The notes under the pieces are model-generated. The model had not been told where the DNA came from. It ran no database searches and saw nothing but the letters and a program-made list of their open reading frames with translations. Positions 36,495 to 48,354 of a stretch of DNA of 64,000 nucleotides are shown here, piece after piece. Both the position numbers and the translations under genes were made by a program. Within the stretch, counting starts at the first letter, position 1. Each line of letters opens with the position of its first letter. Where the stretch lies: positions 1 to 64,000 of the forward strand of contig WELA01003597.1 of the NCBI GenBank assembly GCA_009602735.1. The letters are read 5' to 3'. Source of the DNA: Mesotaenium endlicherianum. Lineage: Eukaryota.

Positions 36495-38907
36495 CACTAG
36501 AACGCCCGGTGAATCATATATGAAGCTTTACACATATTTTGGTGCAGTTAGGAAGCCCTGTGGTTTAAGCTGCCATTTCTGTTTTACTCAATATTGTTTA
36601 GGGAATTGTTTACATACTGGGATTAAATTGGCGACCCTAACCGACGAGTAGTCGCGAAGCCATGAGTGTAAACAGAAAGTGCAAAAGCTGTTGCACATCT
36701 GTGTTCAAACAGCACTAAAACTGTCGAATCCGAGCCATGGAAACTCTTCTTACTCGCGACAATTCATTGTAAAATCAGCCATGGCGCCCGGTCAGAGCAG
36801 TGCTGAGCTTCTCTTAGGTCTCGTAGTTTATATTATTACTGTTATTTTCGGTCGTAGGTGGGCGTCTGAGACTTTGTGCGGATATGTTCTTGATGGGAGA
36901 GGTGAGAAAGAGGGTGGAGGAGAAGAAGGGAGAAGACCTCTTCCAAGTATTCTTTGCCTACGATGGAAAGAGGCCAAATATGACTGCAGAGGCCATTCAG
37001 AGGTTTATAAAAGAAGGAGAGGGTGAATTTGTGCGATTGTTTAGCCCGGGTGAGTATAAGAGGAAACCTTTCACTGAACCCGAGAGTCAGCCTGACAGTC
37101 AACCAAGTGTGCAGCAAAGTTTGAAACTAGTGTTAGATGAGCCTGAGTCTGAGGAGCCTTGTGAGCCTAGTCTTGATGAGAGTGCACATCTGTCGCTTGA
37201 AAGTGGTAAGAAGAAGAGAGGTAGGCCATGGGAGTAAGAAGAAGAAAGGTAGGCCATTTGGGAGTAACAAGATACAAGCAACTTTAGCAAATTTAAGCAG
37301 CAGCAAATTGCAGCAGATAGAAGAGAGAAAGGAGAGTCTAAGATATTAGACTCTAACAGTGAGAGGGACAGTGCTTCGGAGGCCAGCAGCAGTTCATCCA
37401 ACGAAGAGGAGGAGCAAGTGCCCCCTTTGAGCTTGCAAGAAGAGGAGGAGCCTCCATCCGAGATGCTCAAGGATTGGAACTGGCAGCCTGATGTACGTGG
37501 TGAGAGTTATGACAGCATGCTTCTGAAGCTTAGCAAAGACCATCATCATGGATTGCAAGGCAACCCTGACAGGATCTTCAGAGGCCTTTCTCCTTTTGGC
37601 ATATTGTGCTTGCTCATGCCCATGTGGTTCTTTGAGCACCTAGCTAGAGAGACCAATGCATATGCGGCGGAGCATAGTGTTAGAGGTTGGATACCATGCA
37701 CAACCATTGAGATTGTTGTGTTTCATGGTCTATACATGGCAATGGGGTTGCATGCTCTTCCTAGTCTAAAGCATTATTGGAAGAAGATACACAAAGGGCC
37801 CATAACTTTGCCTAAATTTGGTCGGTTCATGTCTAGGAATAGATTGAAGGAAATTAGAAAGTACTTTCATGTGAAGGACAATAGGAGTAGAAATGCTTTC
37901 CTACAGACTACAGAGAGCACAAGTGGCAGCTCAAACCATTCACTAACTTACTCTTGTCCACCTTCGAGAGATACTATAGTCCACGTGAAGTCATGACAGT
38001 TGATGAGAGAACAATTGTGTTGCTGGTACTAACGGCCAGCGTGCAAATAGGAAGAGAATTAGAAGGAGTTCATACTATTGCTTTCATTGCAATGTTCTTG
38101 TGCAGGTCCTTGCTTTAAGATATATCACACTAATAGAGCTGTAGAGCACTTAAATGTAGGTCCAAAGAGGGAGGTTAGAGCAGGCATTAGACTATTCGAC
38201 AAGTTTTCGTCGTAAAACTCCAACACTGCAATTAATTTATAAACTGTGATATGAGATGTAAGATGTGTTGCATATCAATTTTGTGCCAGACATTTATTAC
38301 GAGTTTTTCTTAAATAAATTAATTTTTACATCTCAATCTGTGCAGTCTAGAGATAAAAGAGAATATTTGAAACTAATTAATGCTTCTTTTAATGAATAAA
38401 ATAAAATAAGATATCTAAAGGTACATATGACAGTAATTAACCTATAGCATGACTTTTACATTCATAATATTCCTATGTAGCCCAAAATAATTGATTGAGT
38501 TATGTTTTTGAGTTTTTGTTGCACCACAGAAAAACAGCCGTCGCTGATTGCGGTTCAACTCCTAAATAATTCAAATCTGGAAGGACAAGAGTCCAACATG
38601 TCTATAACTTTGTGTAGTACCTAACAACATACATAGCAACCTCCAACATAATTCCCAAGTCTTGGTTTGGAAGAAAGTAAAAGCAATGGGTCCTTGAAAG
38701 TAAGCCAAGAATACGCGTTCTTGTTGATGATTTTTAGATGAGTTTAATTAATCAAATAATTAATGAACAAATAATTTCATTCATGACCAAAAACTTCATG
38801 ATCTTGTCATTTTGAGATTAGTAATAAGGTGGGAAATAAATTGCAAAGACATGCACTTGTTGCACAAAAAAGTGTGAGTTATCATGGGCTCTAAAGTGTT
38901 CATGGGG
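36495..38907 (+). mobile_element. piggyBac-like DNA transposon remnant inserted at TTAA
   Basis: TTAA at 36491-36494 and 38908-38911. The host integrase reads TWRAL|MGVKQLLST across the junction. Confidence 0.8.
36884..38017 (+). pseudogene. piggyBac-type transposase N-terminal half
   Basis: FEHLARETNAYA, W.PCT..EI..F.GL...MG, HYW, MSRNR..EIRKYFH..DN, then MTVDERTI (first catalytic Asp). Truncated after that point. Confidence 0.82.
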
Positions 38908-38910
38908 TTA

Positions 38911-39765
38911 ATGGGAGTCAAACAGTTGCTCAGCACAGCATCATCCTCAGATTGATGGGCAGACATAGATAACTAATCAAATTCTGCAGGAGGTGCTGAG
39001 AGCATATATTAACCAAGAACAAGATGATTGGGATGACCTCTTGTCTCATATTCAATTTGCGGTCAATAGTGCGGTGCATGCGCCAACGGGAAAGACTCCT
39101 TTTCAACTCAGTCTAGGTAGAGTCCCTAAGTCTCCTTCATATATGCTAGGGAGTCTTTAATTGACCCCGAGGGGATTGACAACCCAAAGTCTCTCCAGGT
39201 AACTCAGGAGTTTGCTGACACTTTGTCAGAAGTCCAACAAAATTTGCACAAAGCCCAGGAAAATCAACAAAACTATGCTAATCAACACCGTCGACAGCCG
39301 ATATTTTCAAAGGGCGATTCGGTCAAACTGCATTCTCAACACCTATACATGCTTGGTGTGGTCAAGAAAAAGCTTGGTCCGGTTTGGGTCGGTCCAGGTT
39401 CGGTGGTGCGCCGTGTCGGTCAGAATGCTTACAAGCTAAACATGTCAGCGGAATACAAGGGTCACCCAGTCTTTAACGTCTCTTTCCTAGCACCATACAT
39501 CAAGGGTGACACACTGTTCACAATTCGGTTACGTGTCCAACCGGGACCGATCTCCGCTATCCGGGATGGTGTCCCTGAGGAATATGAGGTGGATGAGATT
39601 TTAGAAGCTCGCTCTGTTCGTCGATCCTCTCAATATGTCATGAAATAGTTGGTTTGATGGAAGGGTTACGATGCCTCTGGGGAAACCTGGGAATTGAAGG
39701 ACCTTTGACCAATGCCATAGAGGCGTTGAGACGCTTTTACCTTTGGGAGGCTGGGACACCTCCTT
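38911..39765 (+). pseudogene. Family X integrase C-half and chromodomain
   Basis: HPQIDGQT, WDDLLSHIQFAVNS, WVGPG, HPVFNVSFL and EEYEVDEIL..WKGYD...TWE. Confidence 0.9.
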
Positions 39766-39842
39766 AATTGTCATTTCAGTTGACTTGGGAAGGTGACAGG
39801 AGGTCCTGTCTTCATTTAAGTTGGAGGGGAAATGTGCCCGAA

Positions 39843-39905
39843 AGTGACAGTTAGTGACACAAAAGTGACAGTGTGCGACAGTGTGTGACAGTGTGTGACA
39901 GTTGT
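39843..39905. repeat. Short tandem repeat with a GTGACA core (~10-bp period)
   Basis: gtgacagttagtgacacaaaagtgacagtgtgcgacagtgtgtgacagtgtgtgacag. Confidence 0.8.
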
Positions 39906-40149
39906 GGCAGGCAACCCACCTTAAATATTAAGTTGGAGGGAGTGGGAAAACATCTCGGGAACCAGCCAATTGTTTACACATAACCATTCTTTACACTCAA
40001 CTGCGCTCATACTCATTTCTCTCTCAAGCACACTCCCACATTCCGCTTACTTACCCCAGGTATTGCATACCCGGTAACTCTCACTACTACGTTCTTACCT
40101 GTCAAAGTACTCAATGATTGTGCACGATATTACAATTTCACTGAATCCA

Positions 40150-42348
40150 TTTGTGTTATGTTTGGGCAGGATGACCCAGAAGTCTGAACTCAAGAGGAAA
40201 AGAAGAGCGGACGAGGCACAAGCGGAGTACAAGGAATTCCACGGCGACATTGAATCGTCCTCCATATCATCTCGGAAATTGCAGCGACTCCGGCTGCATC
40301 GTGAGGCTTAAAAGAAGAAGGACGCAGAAGAACAAGCCAGGCTGAGGCAGGATGTAGTGATTTGAGTTATGATACATTAGTTTGCATATATTTTAATGTT
40401 TTCAAATATATTTGAAGTAGTATGGTGTGGAGTCAAGTGTGAATAGGTACTCTAGTAACTTGGTTCATGTCCTTTGAACCTTCCAAGGCATTTTCGAAGT
40501 TAGAGGAAAGACCTAGAAGAACTCCATGTGGCAAAAGTCAGATGTGCCATTTTTAGGTCAAAAGGACATGTGTACATTATTCTAGAAAGAGGTGGCAAGT
40601 TTTGGGATGTGTTGGGTGCCAACACATCAACATACACCTTCCTAGAAATTACTTATGTAGCAAGTATATAAACAAGAGCTAGAACATAGAAAGACATTCC
40701 AGAATCACTCTTGTACTTGCCAAAATCCAGAAATATATTAACTTTCAAGAAGCCATCTCTTTTTCAAGAAGCTACCACTTGTGTTCAAAGATCCTTGTCT
40801 TGAATAGATAAAGTATTCTGTTTTATTAAGTACTTTATCTATCTGTTTCACTACACAGGAAGAGCAGGACAAAAAAGCTGCAGAAGAAGCCAAGATGGTA
40901 GAAGAAGATAGGCAAGCTGAGGAGAGGCGAAAGGAGCAAGCTGAGGAGGAACAAAGGAGAATCAAAAGCTATCGCTACACGGTGATGGGCAAGGGCTTTG
41001 ATCTTTTGGAGGAAGCCTTCAAGTATGCCCAGAGAAGCCGAAGTGAGTCACAAAGGGGCATACTGCAATGGGAGGGGGAGACATCCCCAAACTTTGACAA
41101 GTACATAGAGGTCAGCACAGGGCTCCTATTGTACCATGACTATGCCAAGATGGTAGGATACACGGTCCGGGAGGCCAAGGCACTGGTTCAGATGAACGAA
41201 TCTGAAGCTGTGCCAATACCTGGGATCTGGGGCACAGACAGGGTCATCAGATTGATCCTTATGGACCCAGACACAAGGATGCCACTTCCTATAACCGGTT
41301 CAAGGCCATGTATAACGAGGTGGAGAGAAGAAGCTGGGAATTCTTGGCAAGGGAGACCAGCCAGTTGAACTTCTTGGGACACTGGTACCCTTGTACTCTG
41401 AAGAGGACGAACCCTGCTATCTTCTCGCAGCCCACTGACTGGCGTTGGATGACCATCAACGTGAGGGACCAGCTAAATGACAGAGCAGAGGAAGACGATG
41501 TTCTGGCAGACTTATAGGGGAAAATAGTGCTGCCACCTCACATTGCAACATGGGACCCAAGACTGGATGGAGTCAGGGACTGCATGAGTTAGGAGACGCA
41601 CGAGGATAGGAGCAGGGCTAGAGATTCTTTCTCGGAGGGAAGCATGCTTATGCCAAACGGGCAAGTGAGCAAGGGGAGAAGGACCTGTATACGGTCAGGA
41701 CCCAACAACCCCCACCAGCACCCAAAGGGGGGAGGTTGGTGGGATATTCTTTTTCTCGCGATTGGCAGGAGGAGATGACCAGAGAGACTCTAGAAGTCTC
41801 AAAAGAACAGGAGGTCAAAGAGGAGGGAGACGCAGAAGAGGAGTCTAGCCCTGTTGAGGCACAGACCCCTGCTACATCCCCCACTCTGCACGGGACTGGG
41901 CAGTCCTTGGCAGAGGCAGCCTTGCAGCAGCTTGGGGATACCAGCCCACCAGGAGAGTCGGAGCTCCAGTGGCTGGGAAGTTTCAGCAGGAAGAGTCTGA
42001 CCCCACGAGGTGAGACTCAGGCAGACAGGGCAGAAAGGAGGGCTGCCAAGGAGGTAGCGAGAGGGCAGCCAGCATCCCCTCTCATAGAGGGCATGTGCCC
42101 TTAGCTCATGTCATGCAGCACCCTTCAGGCATGCCAGTGTATGTTCCTGTCAGATCGAGAGCTGCACAGGAGAGGGCTATCTCCATCAACTTCGAGACTG
42201 TGCAAGAGGAGGCTGCCCAGTTGCTACAATTCCCTCTTGGTTCACCTTGGTCTGAGCCCCCAGGTTTCAGGAGACCACCAGTTAGGAGAAGGAGGTCCAG
42301 GTCCAGGTCCAAGTCCCGCTCCCCAGAGGATAGAGCCCCTGATACTTA
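40150..42348 (+). pseudogene. Decayed accessory ORF of unknown function downstream of pol in family X
   Basis: A charged coiled-coil-like N-terminus continues across solo LTR Y. The core block is shared with 3686-3975, and the end is RS-rich (RRRRSRSRSKSRSP). Confidence 0.6.
40353..40855 (+). mobile_element. Solo LTR (family Y)
   Basis: TGTAGTGA...TCACTACA with 5-bp TSD CAGGA (40348-40352 and 40856-40860). TATA-like TATATAAA at ~40665. Confidence 0.95.
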
Positions 42349-42445
42349 GTTTGTTGTTGTCTTTGTTTCAAGTCAGTCTGCTTTTGTGTGGCATGTGAGC
42401 TACTTTGTTGCAATCAAATAGTTAACAAGTGTTGTTGAGTCTACA

Positions 42446-43187
42446 TGTAAGGTCATAGGTTTATAAAGTGCATTTTTTGGTTTTATGAAAGTATGTTTTG
42501 ATTGTATAGTAGTGTAGAGTGCATTTTTGTGGTCATTTTGATATAAAGTTCATCGAATTTGGTCAAGTATTGAGAGAGTTATGGATTTCCGAAGTTTAAG
42601 TAGTTTTGAGGTCGGTCGACGACTGTCCTTAATTCGCGGTGAGCGCGACCGTCGGATTGACCGACAGCGTCGAGCGATCTGGCCCGTTAGAATGAACTCG
42701 AACCTTCACGTAAGTTCGGCTGACGCGGAGTGCCGACTAGGTCGATTTACCTAGAAGTTTCGGTTTAGCCTAGCGCGTCTAAGATAGAATATTCTAGTAA
42801 TGTCGATGCATGTATGTGGACGTCAATTCGGCCCGACACGCCAGATTAGACTGATCTGGCTTACTCACAAATATTCTGGAAGGGACGATTTGACGAACAC
42901 TTAGGAAAATCCGTAGCTTCCTCCTAGGGAGGAGCACTTAGGCAGAAAATTATAAATAGGCATAACTATTTGTTTCTAATCAGTTTTCACTTCTGTAAAT
43001 TTCTACGGGTTTGTAATGACAAGGCCTTTCATCCTACATCATTTGTGAGCAGTTTCTTGCTACTCAAAATGTTGAGTATTTTTCCTAAGCTTTGTTAGTG
43101 ATATGCCGCTACACTCTTTAGTATGGTTGCAACTAGTTCCTTTCCTCGTGAGTCACTACGCTTCCACTAGGGCACTTTGCCCTTTCA
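42446..43187 (+). repeat. Isolated family W LTR without matching TSD
   Basis: Copy of 2953-3685. Flanks CTACA and TCTAA do not match. Confidence 0.88.
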
Positions 43188-44760
43188 TCTAATTCCAACA
43201 CCAGACGCATCGGCTACTACCTCGTAAGGCAAGTCGAGATCGGCTAATGAAAGAACTGGCACAGTAGTGAGTGCATACTTAATGCGCTCGAACGCAATCT
43301 GCGTATTCTCATTCCAAATGAACGTCTTATCTTTCCTTGTCAGAGCAGTGAGTGGCGCGGCCATCAATACATAACCTTGCATAAACTTACAAAAGTAGTT
43401 TGCAAACCCAAGGAATGAACGTACAATATGTACATCTTTCGGGACAGGCCAGTCTGTGACGCACGCAATCTCGGCCGGGTCAGGGCGCACCCCTTTCGAA
43501 CCCACTATATGTTCGAGGTACAACAGTTCATCCTTTAGGAAGGAACATTTCTTAAGCTTAGCATACAACTGTTGCTCACGAAGGATGTGCAACACCAGCT
43601 TGAGGTGCTTGTAATGCTCGTACTTTGTCTTTGAATAGACAAGGATATTGTTGAGGTAAACCTGGACGAACTTATCCAAGTACGGTCCAAACAAATTGTT
43701 CATTGTGCTTTGGAATGTCGCTGGTGCATTGGTAAGTCCAAAACTTAGGACTTTGTATTGAAAATGCCCAATAGGCGTTCGAAACGCTGTTTTGGGGACA
43801 TCCTCTGGTGTGATTTGAATCTGATGATAGTCTTGGGCTAAATCAAGCGAAGAGAACACGCATGCCCCCTGCAGCGAACCAAACAAATCATCAATGCGAG
43901 GCAACGAATCCCGGTTCTTGACCGTCATATTGTTCAACGCACGATAATCAATGCACATTCTAAGCGTCCCATCTTTCTTTGAAACAAATAAAATGGGCGC
44001 CTCGATTGGAGAAGAGCTCGGCTCAATCCATCCTTTTTTAAGCAAGTTCAGTCCTTCATTTTGTTCATCTCCAACGGGCTTAGGCGATAAATTGTTTGCC
44101 AAGAATTGGGAATAAGAGGGATCGTATGTCCAATACCTCTATCAGGCGGAAGCCCGGTTGGCATTTCACTTGGGAACACTGACTTGTACTTGCGCAAAAG
44201 AGCAAAAAGTTCAGCTGTGAGTGTTTCCTCATGAATAGGAACATCTAACATCGGCTCTTCCGTAAAGAGCGTAGTGGAAGTCGCTGGGGAATCAGGTCGC
44301 AGTAATCCATAGAAAACATGTCGACCTTGCTTTGCCAAATGGCGAGCTTTCTTTATGGACAATAGAAGAGTCTTTGAAGGACCTTCCAAGGCCATATCAG
44401 GCTTAAGAGATCAAAGAGTAAGCTTCTTGGTCCCTTTGCGTACAATGCATGTCTTTTGATCTAAGTCAAGCAATGCACTTGTTTGCGTAAGCCAATTGTA
44501 ACCCAAAATTACGTCAATTCCATGTAATTCAGTAACGTAGAATTGTACACGGCCATGGAATGACTGCACGCAGAGCGGTAATTCAATTGTTCCAACAAGA
44601 CAAGCCAACGATCCATCGCCAAGGCAAAGTGTCTCGTCCTTGAGTATTGGAAGTAACTTCATTCCTTGTGCAAAACGTGCACTGATGAAGCTCACTGATG
44701 TGCCTGAATCAATGACTGTGAAGCATGACAGGCCTGAAACTTTCGTTTCAAACGTCACTC
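43188..44760 (-). pseudogene. Gypsy family Z protease, RT and start of RNase H
   Basis: VIDSGTSVSFIS, DVILG, FVSKKDGTLRMCIDYRALN, LSFGLTNAPATF, YLNN (degenerate YLDD) and VADASGVGI. Truncated by LTR W. Confidence 0.92.
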
Positions 44761-45149
44761 AACCCCAAAGAAGCATTATGCATCACCAGCAATGTCCTCG
44801 CCGTGAGAGGAATGTGGGAAACATGGAGGTCCTTTACCAAAATCCCATTTTGCATTGCCGTCCTTGCTGAAAACTGAGTGACCCACTCAGAATACAAGCG
44901 ATGTCTTGTGAATGCATTAATACAAATTGGTGCACGACACTTGTGCATTTTCCTTAAGCGAGACAATTGTTCGTAACACTATGCAAGGTTCGGATCACGC
45001 GGTTGAAAGTGCAAGAACATGCAAGCATGGATGCACTCGTCAAAGGTCAACACTTGCATACCAATATACTCAGAACGGAATATATCGATATGGGGTATGC
45101 CAGAGAGAACAAGAATTGGTGTATGCGAACAAACACCTAGAATTTCTTG

Positions 45150-45850
45150 CTCACTAAGTAGTGTTGTCAATAGCGCAGGAGGAGGCGCAGTGACTGGCTC
45201 TCGAGCTACTTCGGTGGGACCAAGCCTCGAATCCTTTCTTGAAGGACACTTTCTGGAGGTATGTCCCTGTTTGCCTCATGAAAAACACAGGCCTGCCACC
45301 ACAATGTGGTGACGAGCCTCGGTGTTTTCAAGCTTACGAGTCTTTGGGGCAGGTCCAGATGAATTGACAATGTTACCCTCTTTTGAAGGGGCATGCCGTG
45401 TCGGACCGCCCTTACGAGATCGAGGAGAACTGGTATGTGTAGTGCGAAAAGGCTGTACGGCGGGCTCCTTTTGTGGCATCGTCTCTCGAGCGACATCGGA
45501 CCCTAGGCCACCTTGAAATTCTTCAGGTGGGGAGGGCATGTAGGAAGGCGTCGATGCCGAGGCCTGCCCAAGGGTGGCGGGTGGGAGGGGCTGGGAAGTA
45601 ACGTTGCCAGCGGTCCCAGATGTGCCGGCAACCCCTTGGACAGCCTGCAAGTAGGAATGAATCGCGATGTTAAAAACCATGGTGGAAACAAAGCGAGGAT
45701 GCGAAACGAACGTGGTGAAAGGGGCTCAGTTGGCAAACTTCCGCCAGCGCCTAGTTGGCCTGGGGGACTGTTCAGGTTGTCATGTTGCCAGCGGCAACAT
45801 CTGTAGCAGCGCGGTTACACAAACAGTTGCTGCATCGGCTCCGGTGTAAG
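45150..45850 (-). pseudogene. Family Z gag remnant with zinc knuckle
   Basis: LCFS*GKQGHTSRKC at ~45245-45295. Confidence 0.6.
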
Positions 45851-45876
45851 ATGGAGAAAAATTTTCCCGTCGGAAA

Positions 45877-46110
45877 ATGATAAGCGACCGGCGCTCTGGG
45901 CAGAACTGGGATGGGTGACCACCCTGACAATCTGCGCCAGAAACAATGATAAGCGACCGTCGGGACTGGGATGGGTGACCGTTTGACAATTTGCCCCAGA
46001 AAGTATGATAAGCGACCGGATTGGGATGGGTGACCACTCGGCAATTTGTTCCAAAGCTATGGTAAGCGACCGTCGCGCAGGGCAACACTGGGATGGATGA
46101 CCATCCGATT
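45877..46110. repeat. Four imperfect 53-70 bp tandem repeats in the family Z leader
   Basis: Recurring ATGATAAGCGACCG...GGGATGGGTGACC. Confidence 0.85.
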
Positions 46111-46195
46111 AAAGTATTGCCCCTAAAATATTTTTTCCCAAAATATATATTTTCCAACCACTAAAAAAAATAAATTCTTGGAGAAACCGAGATCG

Positions 46196-46207
46196 GCTCT
46201 GATACCA
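46196..46207 (-). promoter_or_regulatory. Primer-binding site (tRNA-iMet)
   Basis: TGGTATCAGAGC after CGTTACA-T. Confidence 0.9.
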
Positions 46208-46208
46208 A

Positions 46209-46347
46209 TGTAACGATACGAACAAAAAGGTAACTTGAGGTACTTTGATCGCGCCCCAATTGTACTTATACAATTCAAACCGACACTACTATCGCTCCAC
46301 GCGACGTGTCGCACCCGCCGCATCCGGCCACGCGGCAGATCGTTACA
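46209..46347 (-). repeat. 139-bp mini-LTR
   Basis: TGTAACG...CGTTACA, preceded by the PPT GGTGGGAGGAG (46358-46348) and followed by a PBS. Confidence 0.78.
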
Positions 46348-46532
46348 CTCCTCCCACCTACAAGTGTGCACGTCCCGGGCACTCATACTCCGGCACCCGT
46401 GAGGGACATTGTTTCGGGATAGTGTCCTTTCTTCGCACAATCCAAAGATCGACGTACGGTCGTACCATCGACGAGTTTTGCACCCCGCGGGATTTGAACC
46501 CTCGTCTCCTGGACACGGTTGCGTACGTTCGC

Positions 46533-46544
46533 GCTCCGATACCA
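46533..46544 (-). promoter_or_regulatory. Second primer-binding site
   Basis: TGGTATCGGAGC after CGTTACA-T. Confidence 0.88.
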
Positions 46545-46545
46545 A

Positions 46546-47412
46546 TGTAACGTTTTTGCTTCTCACGGGGATCTTTACTCGATGTTCAAGGATAATTTAA
46601 TATTAGCGGAAAAGAAATAGCGATAACTTCGAGAAAATAGACAATCCTTGTGAAAGCCAAAATGAAAACTAAAGTAGAATTTGTGCTTGTGAGAGTTTCA
46701 CTCACAATGACTCTTGCACAACATGAGGCACTGGAGTGTTTCAAGTCACCACCTGGGGCACTGGTTCATGTTCAACAAAAACAGGTGAAGGGGTATAACC
46801 CGTTCGGCTGAATGTTCGTAACGCCCCGTTTGGTCGTTTGGAGATTTTTCGACGGTTTCCGAAAACCGTTTCGCGCCAAAAGGGCATTTTCGCGTTCACG
46901 CGACTTTCCGAAAAAGTCGCGACTGTTTGCAAGATCTCGTACAAATTCTTTTGTCATAAGCCGCTAGTCATGAAAATTACTTCGCCAGGTGTCAGCGTTT
47001 CAAACAATAGGTCGCGGGCTCGAATTCGCTTGGATGCAAAGCGACTTTGCATATTTGGTTTCGTTTGAGTTTTACGACTCTTCGGATCAATGACTATGGC
47101 ATTATCCGGAAAAATGACAGTCAAATACGTTAATCAATCTATGATTAATTAAGTTATCTCTTCATAAATTAAAGTAACTTTATGATCAATTATGTCTTAC
47201 TATTGCGAAGTAGTCATATTACTTTACGACTCTTTTTGCAATAGCATCTTGGTCGTTTCGCCAATCAACCAGGAATTAGTCCGCACACGCATGTGGCAAA
47301 TAATTCATCAAGATGCAATCATTTATCAAATAATATATTGATAATAGTAAAACGTATTTTAGGTTATTAGGAAAAATATCCCAAATACGCCTAAAAAGCT
47401 CAAATCGTTACA
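46546..47412 (-). repeat. 867-bp LTR inserted into the family X LTR
   Basis: Perfect 7-bp inverted ends TGTAACG...CGTTACA, followed by a PBS. Confidence 0.85.
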
Positions 47413-47921
47413 CAGCGAACTGCCTAGTTATGCATCTAAGTGTGGTGTGCTAGATGAATGGCCAGATGACACCCTTAAGGTAGATTGCGATTGGGGATGA
47501 TGGGAGATGGCTGTAAATTTGGTTAGCCGAGGTCCTACCGACGTGGTTAACTCTCGGGTAGGCGGTGCCATCGCACTTACCGTTCAACAGTAAACTCATT
47601 CCATGTACATATGCTAGGTATTGCTCTCAAGTTTGACATTCAGAAGCAAGGCCAACTCTTTTGTACAGCTTACTGAGAGATATCTGAATCCAAGGCAAGA
47701 AGCCATTAATGCGAACTGTCTTCTAACCTTGCTTATGTATGAGAATATTGACTGCATGATTGATGCTTGTTTACTTGCATTTGACTTATGAGTATTGTTT
47801 ACTGCTAGTGTATTGTCTTGTGCTGTTAAATCCATTAACAAAAAATACCGTAGAGATTACTTACTGATATAAAGATATTTTAATAATTGTTAATCGCCTA
47901 TTGGTAAGTCGATTCATTTCA

Positions 47922-48354
47922 AACGTGCCTGCTTAACCTTTCAGTCAGCATGCACATCTAGGTGGCCTTGAGCCTATGTCTCATGAGGTGGCTACTTAAG
48001 TCATGGCAGCCTCACCACAGGTCCATGGCTGAGGTGGCTTTCCCATGCAACCTTGGCTGACTTGACCCTTGCCAAGGTGGCTATGCAGTCAACTTTGTCC
48101 TACTTGGCATTGGCTGATGTGGTTCGTTTGTCGGTCCCATCCTAGTCGGATTTCCAGCGGGCTCCTCATTGCCAAGATCCTACTCATCCCTGAGTGTCAG
48201 GATTAACTTACCAGTCACGCTTTCTCTGACTTGACTTGACTTGACCACATGGTTGTCAGTCAAATGGTCGATGAGTCAATGTTGACTTTCCAGACCTGGC
48301 GGCCGTGACTTGCGCCACGCGTGCGGCGCCGCCAAGCTGATAGCAGTTGCGATA
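47922..48354 (-). repeat. Diverged relative of the repeat A 5' end
   Basis: 48280-48354 resembles 20415-20490, and 47924-47965 resembles ~20074-20115. Confidence 0.65.

Larger units (their letters stand above)
20491..47921 (+). mobile_element. Family X chromovirus-like Gypsy copy acting as host for several nested insertions
   Basis: Partial 5' LTR 20491-20613, degenerate PBS, gag ~20647-22100, protease/RT/RNase H 34662-36400, integrase and chromodomain to ~39760, accessory ORF, and partial 3' LTR 47413-47921 (ends TTTCA, no PBS). Linking the 3' LTR to this same copy is an inference. Confidence 0.65.
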
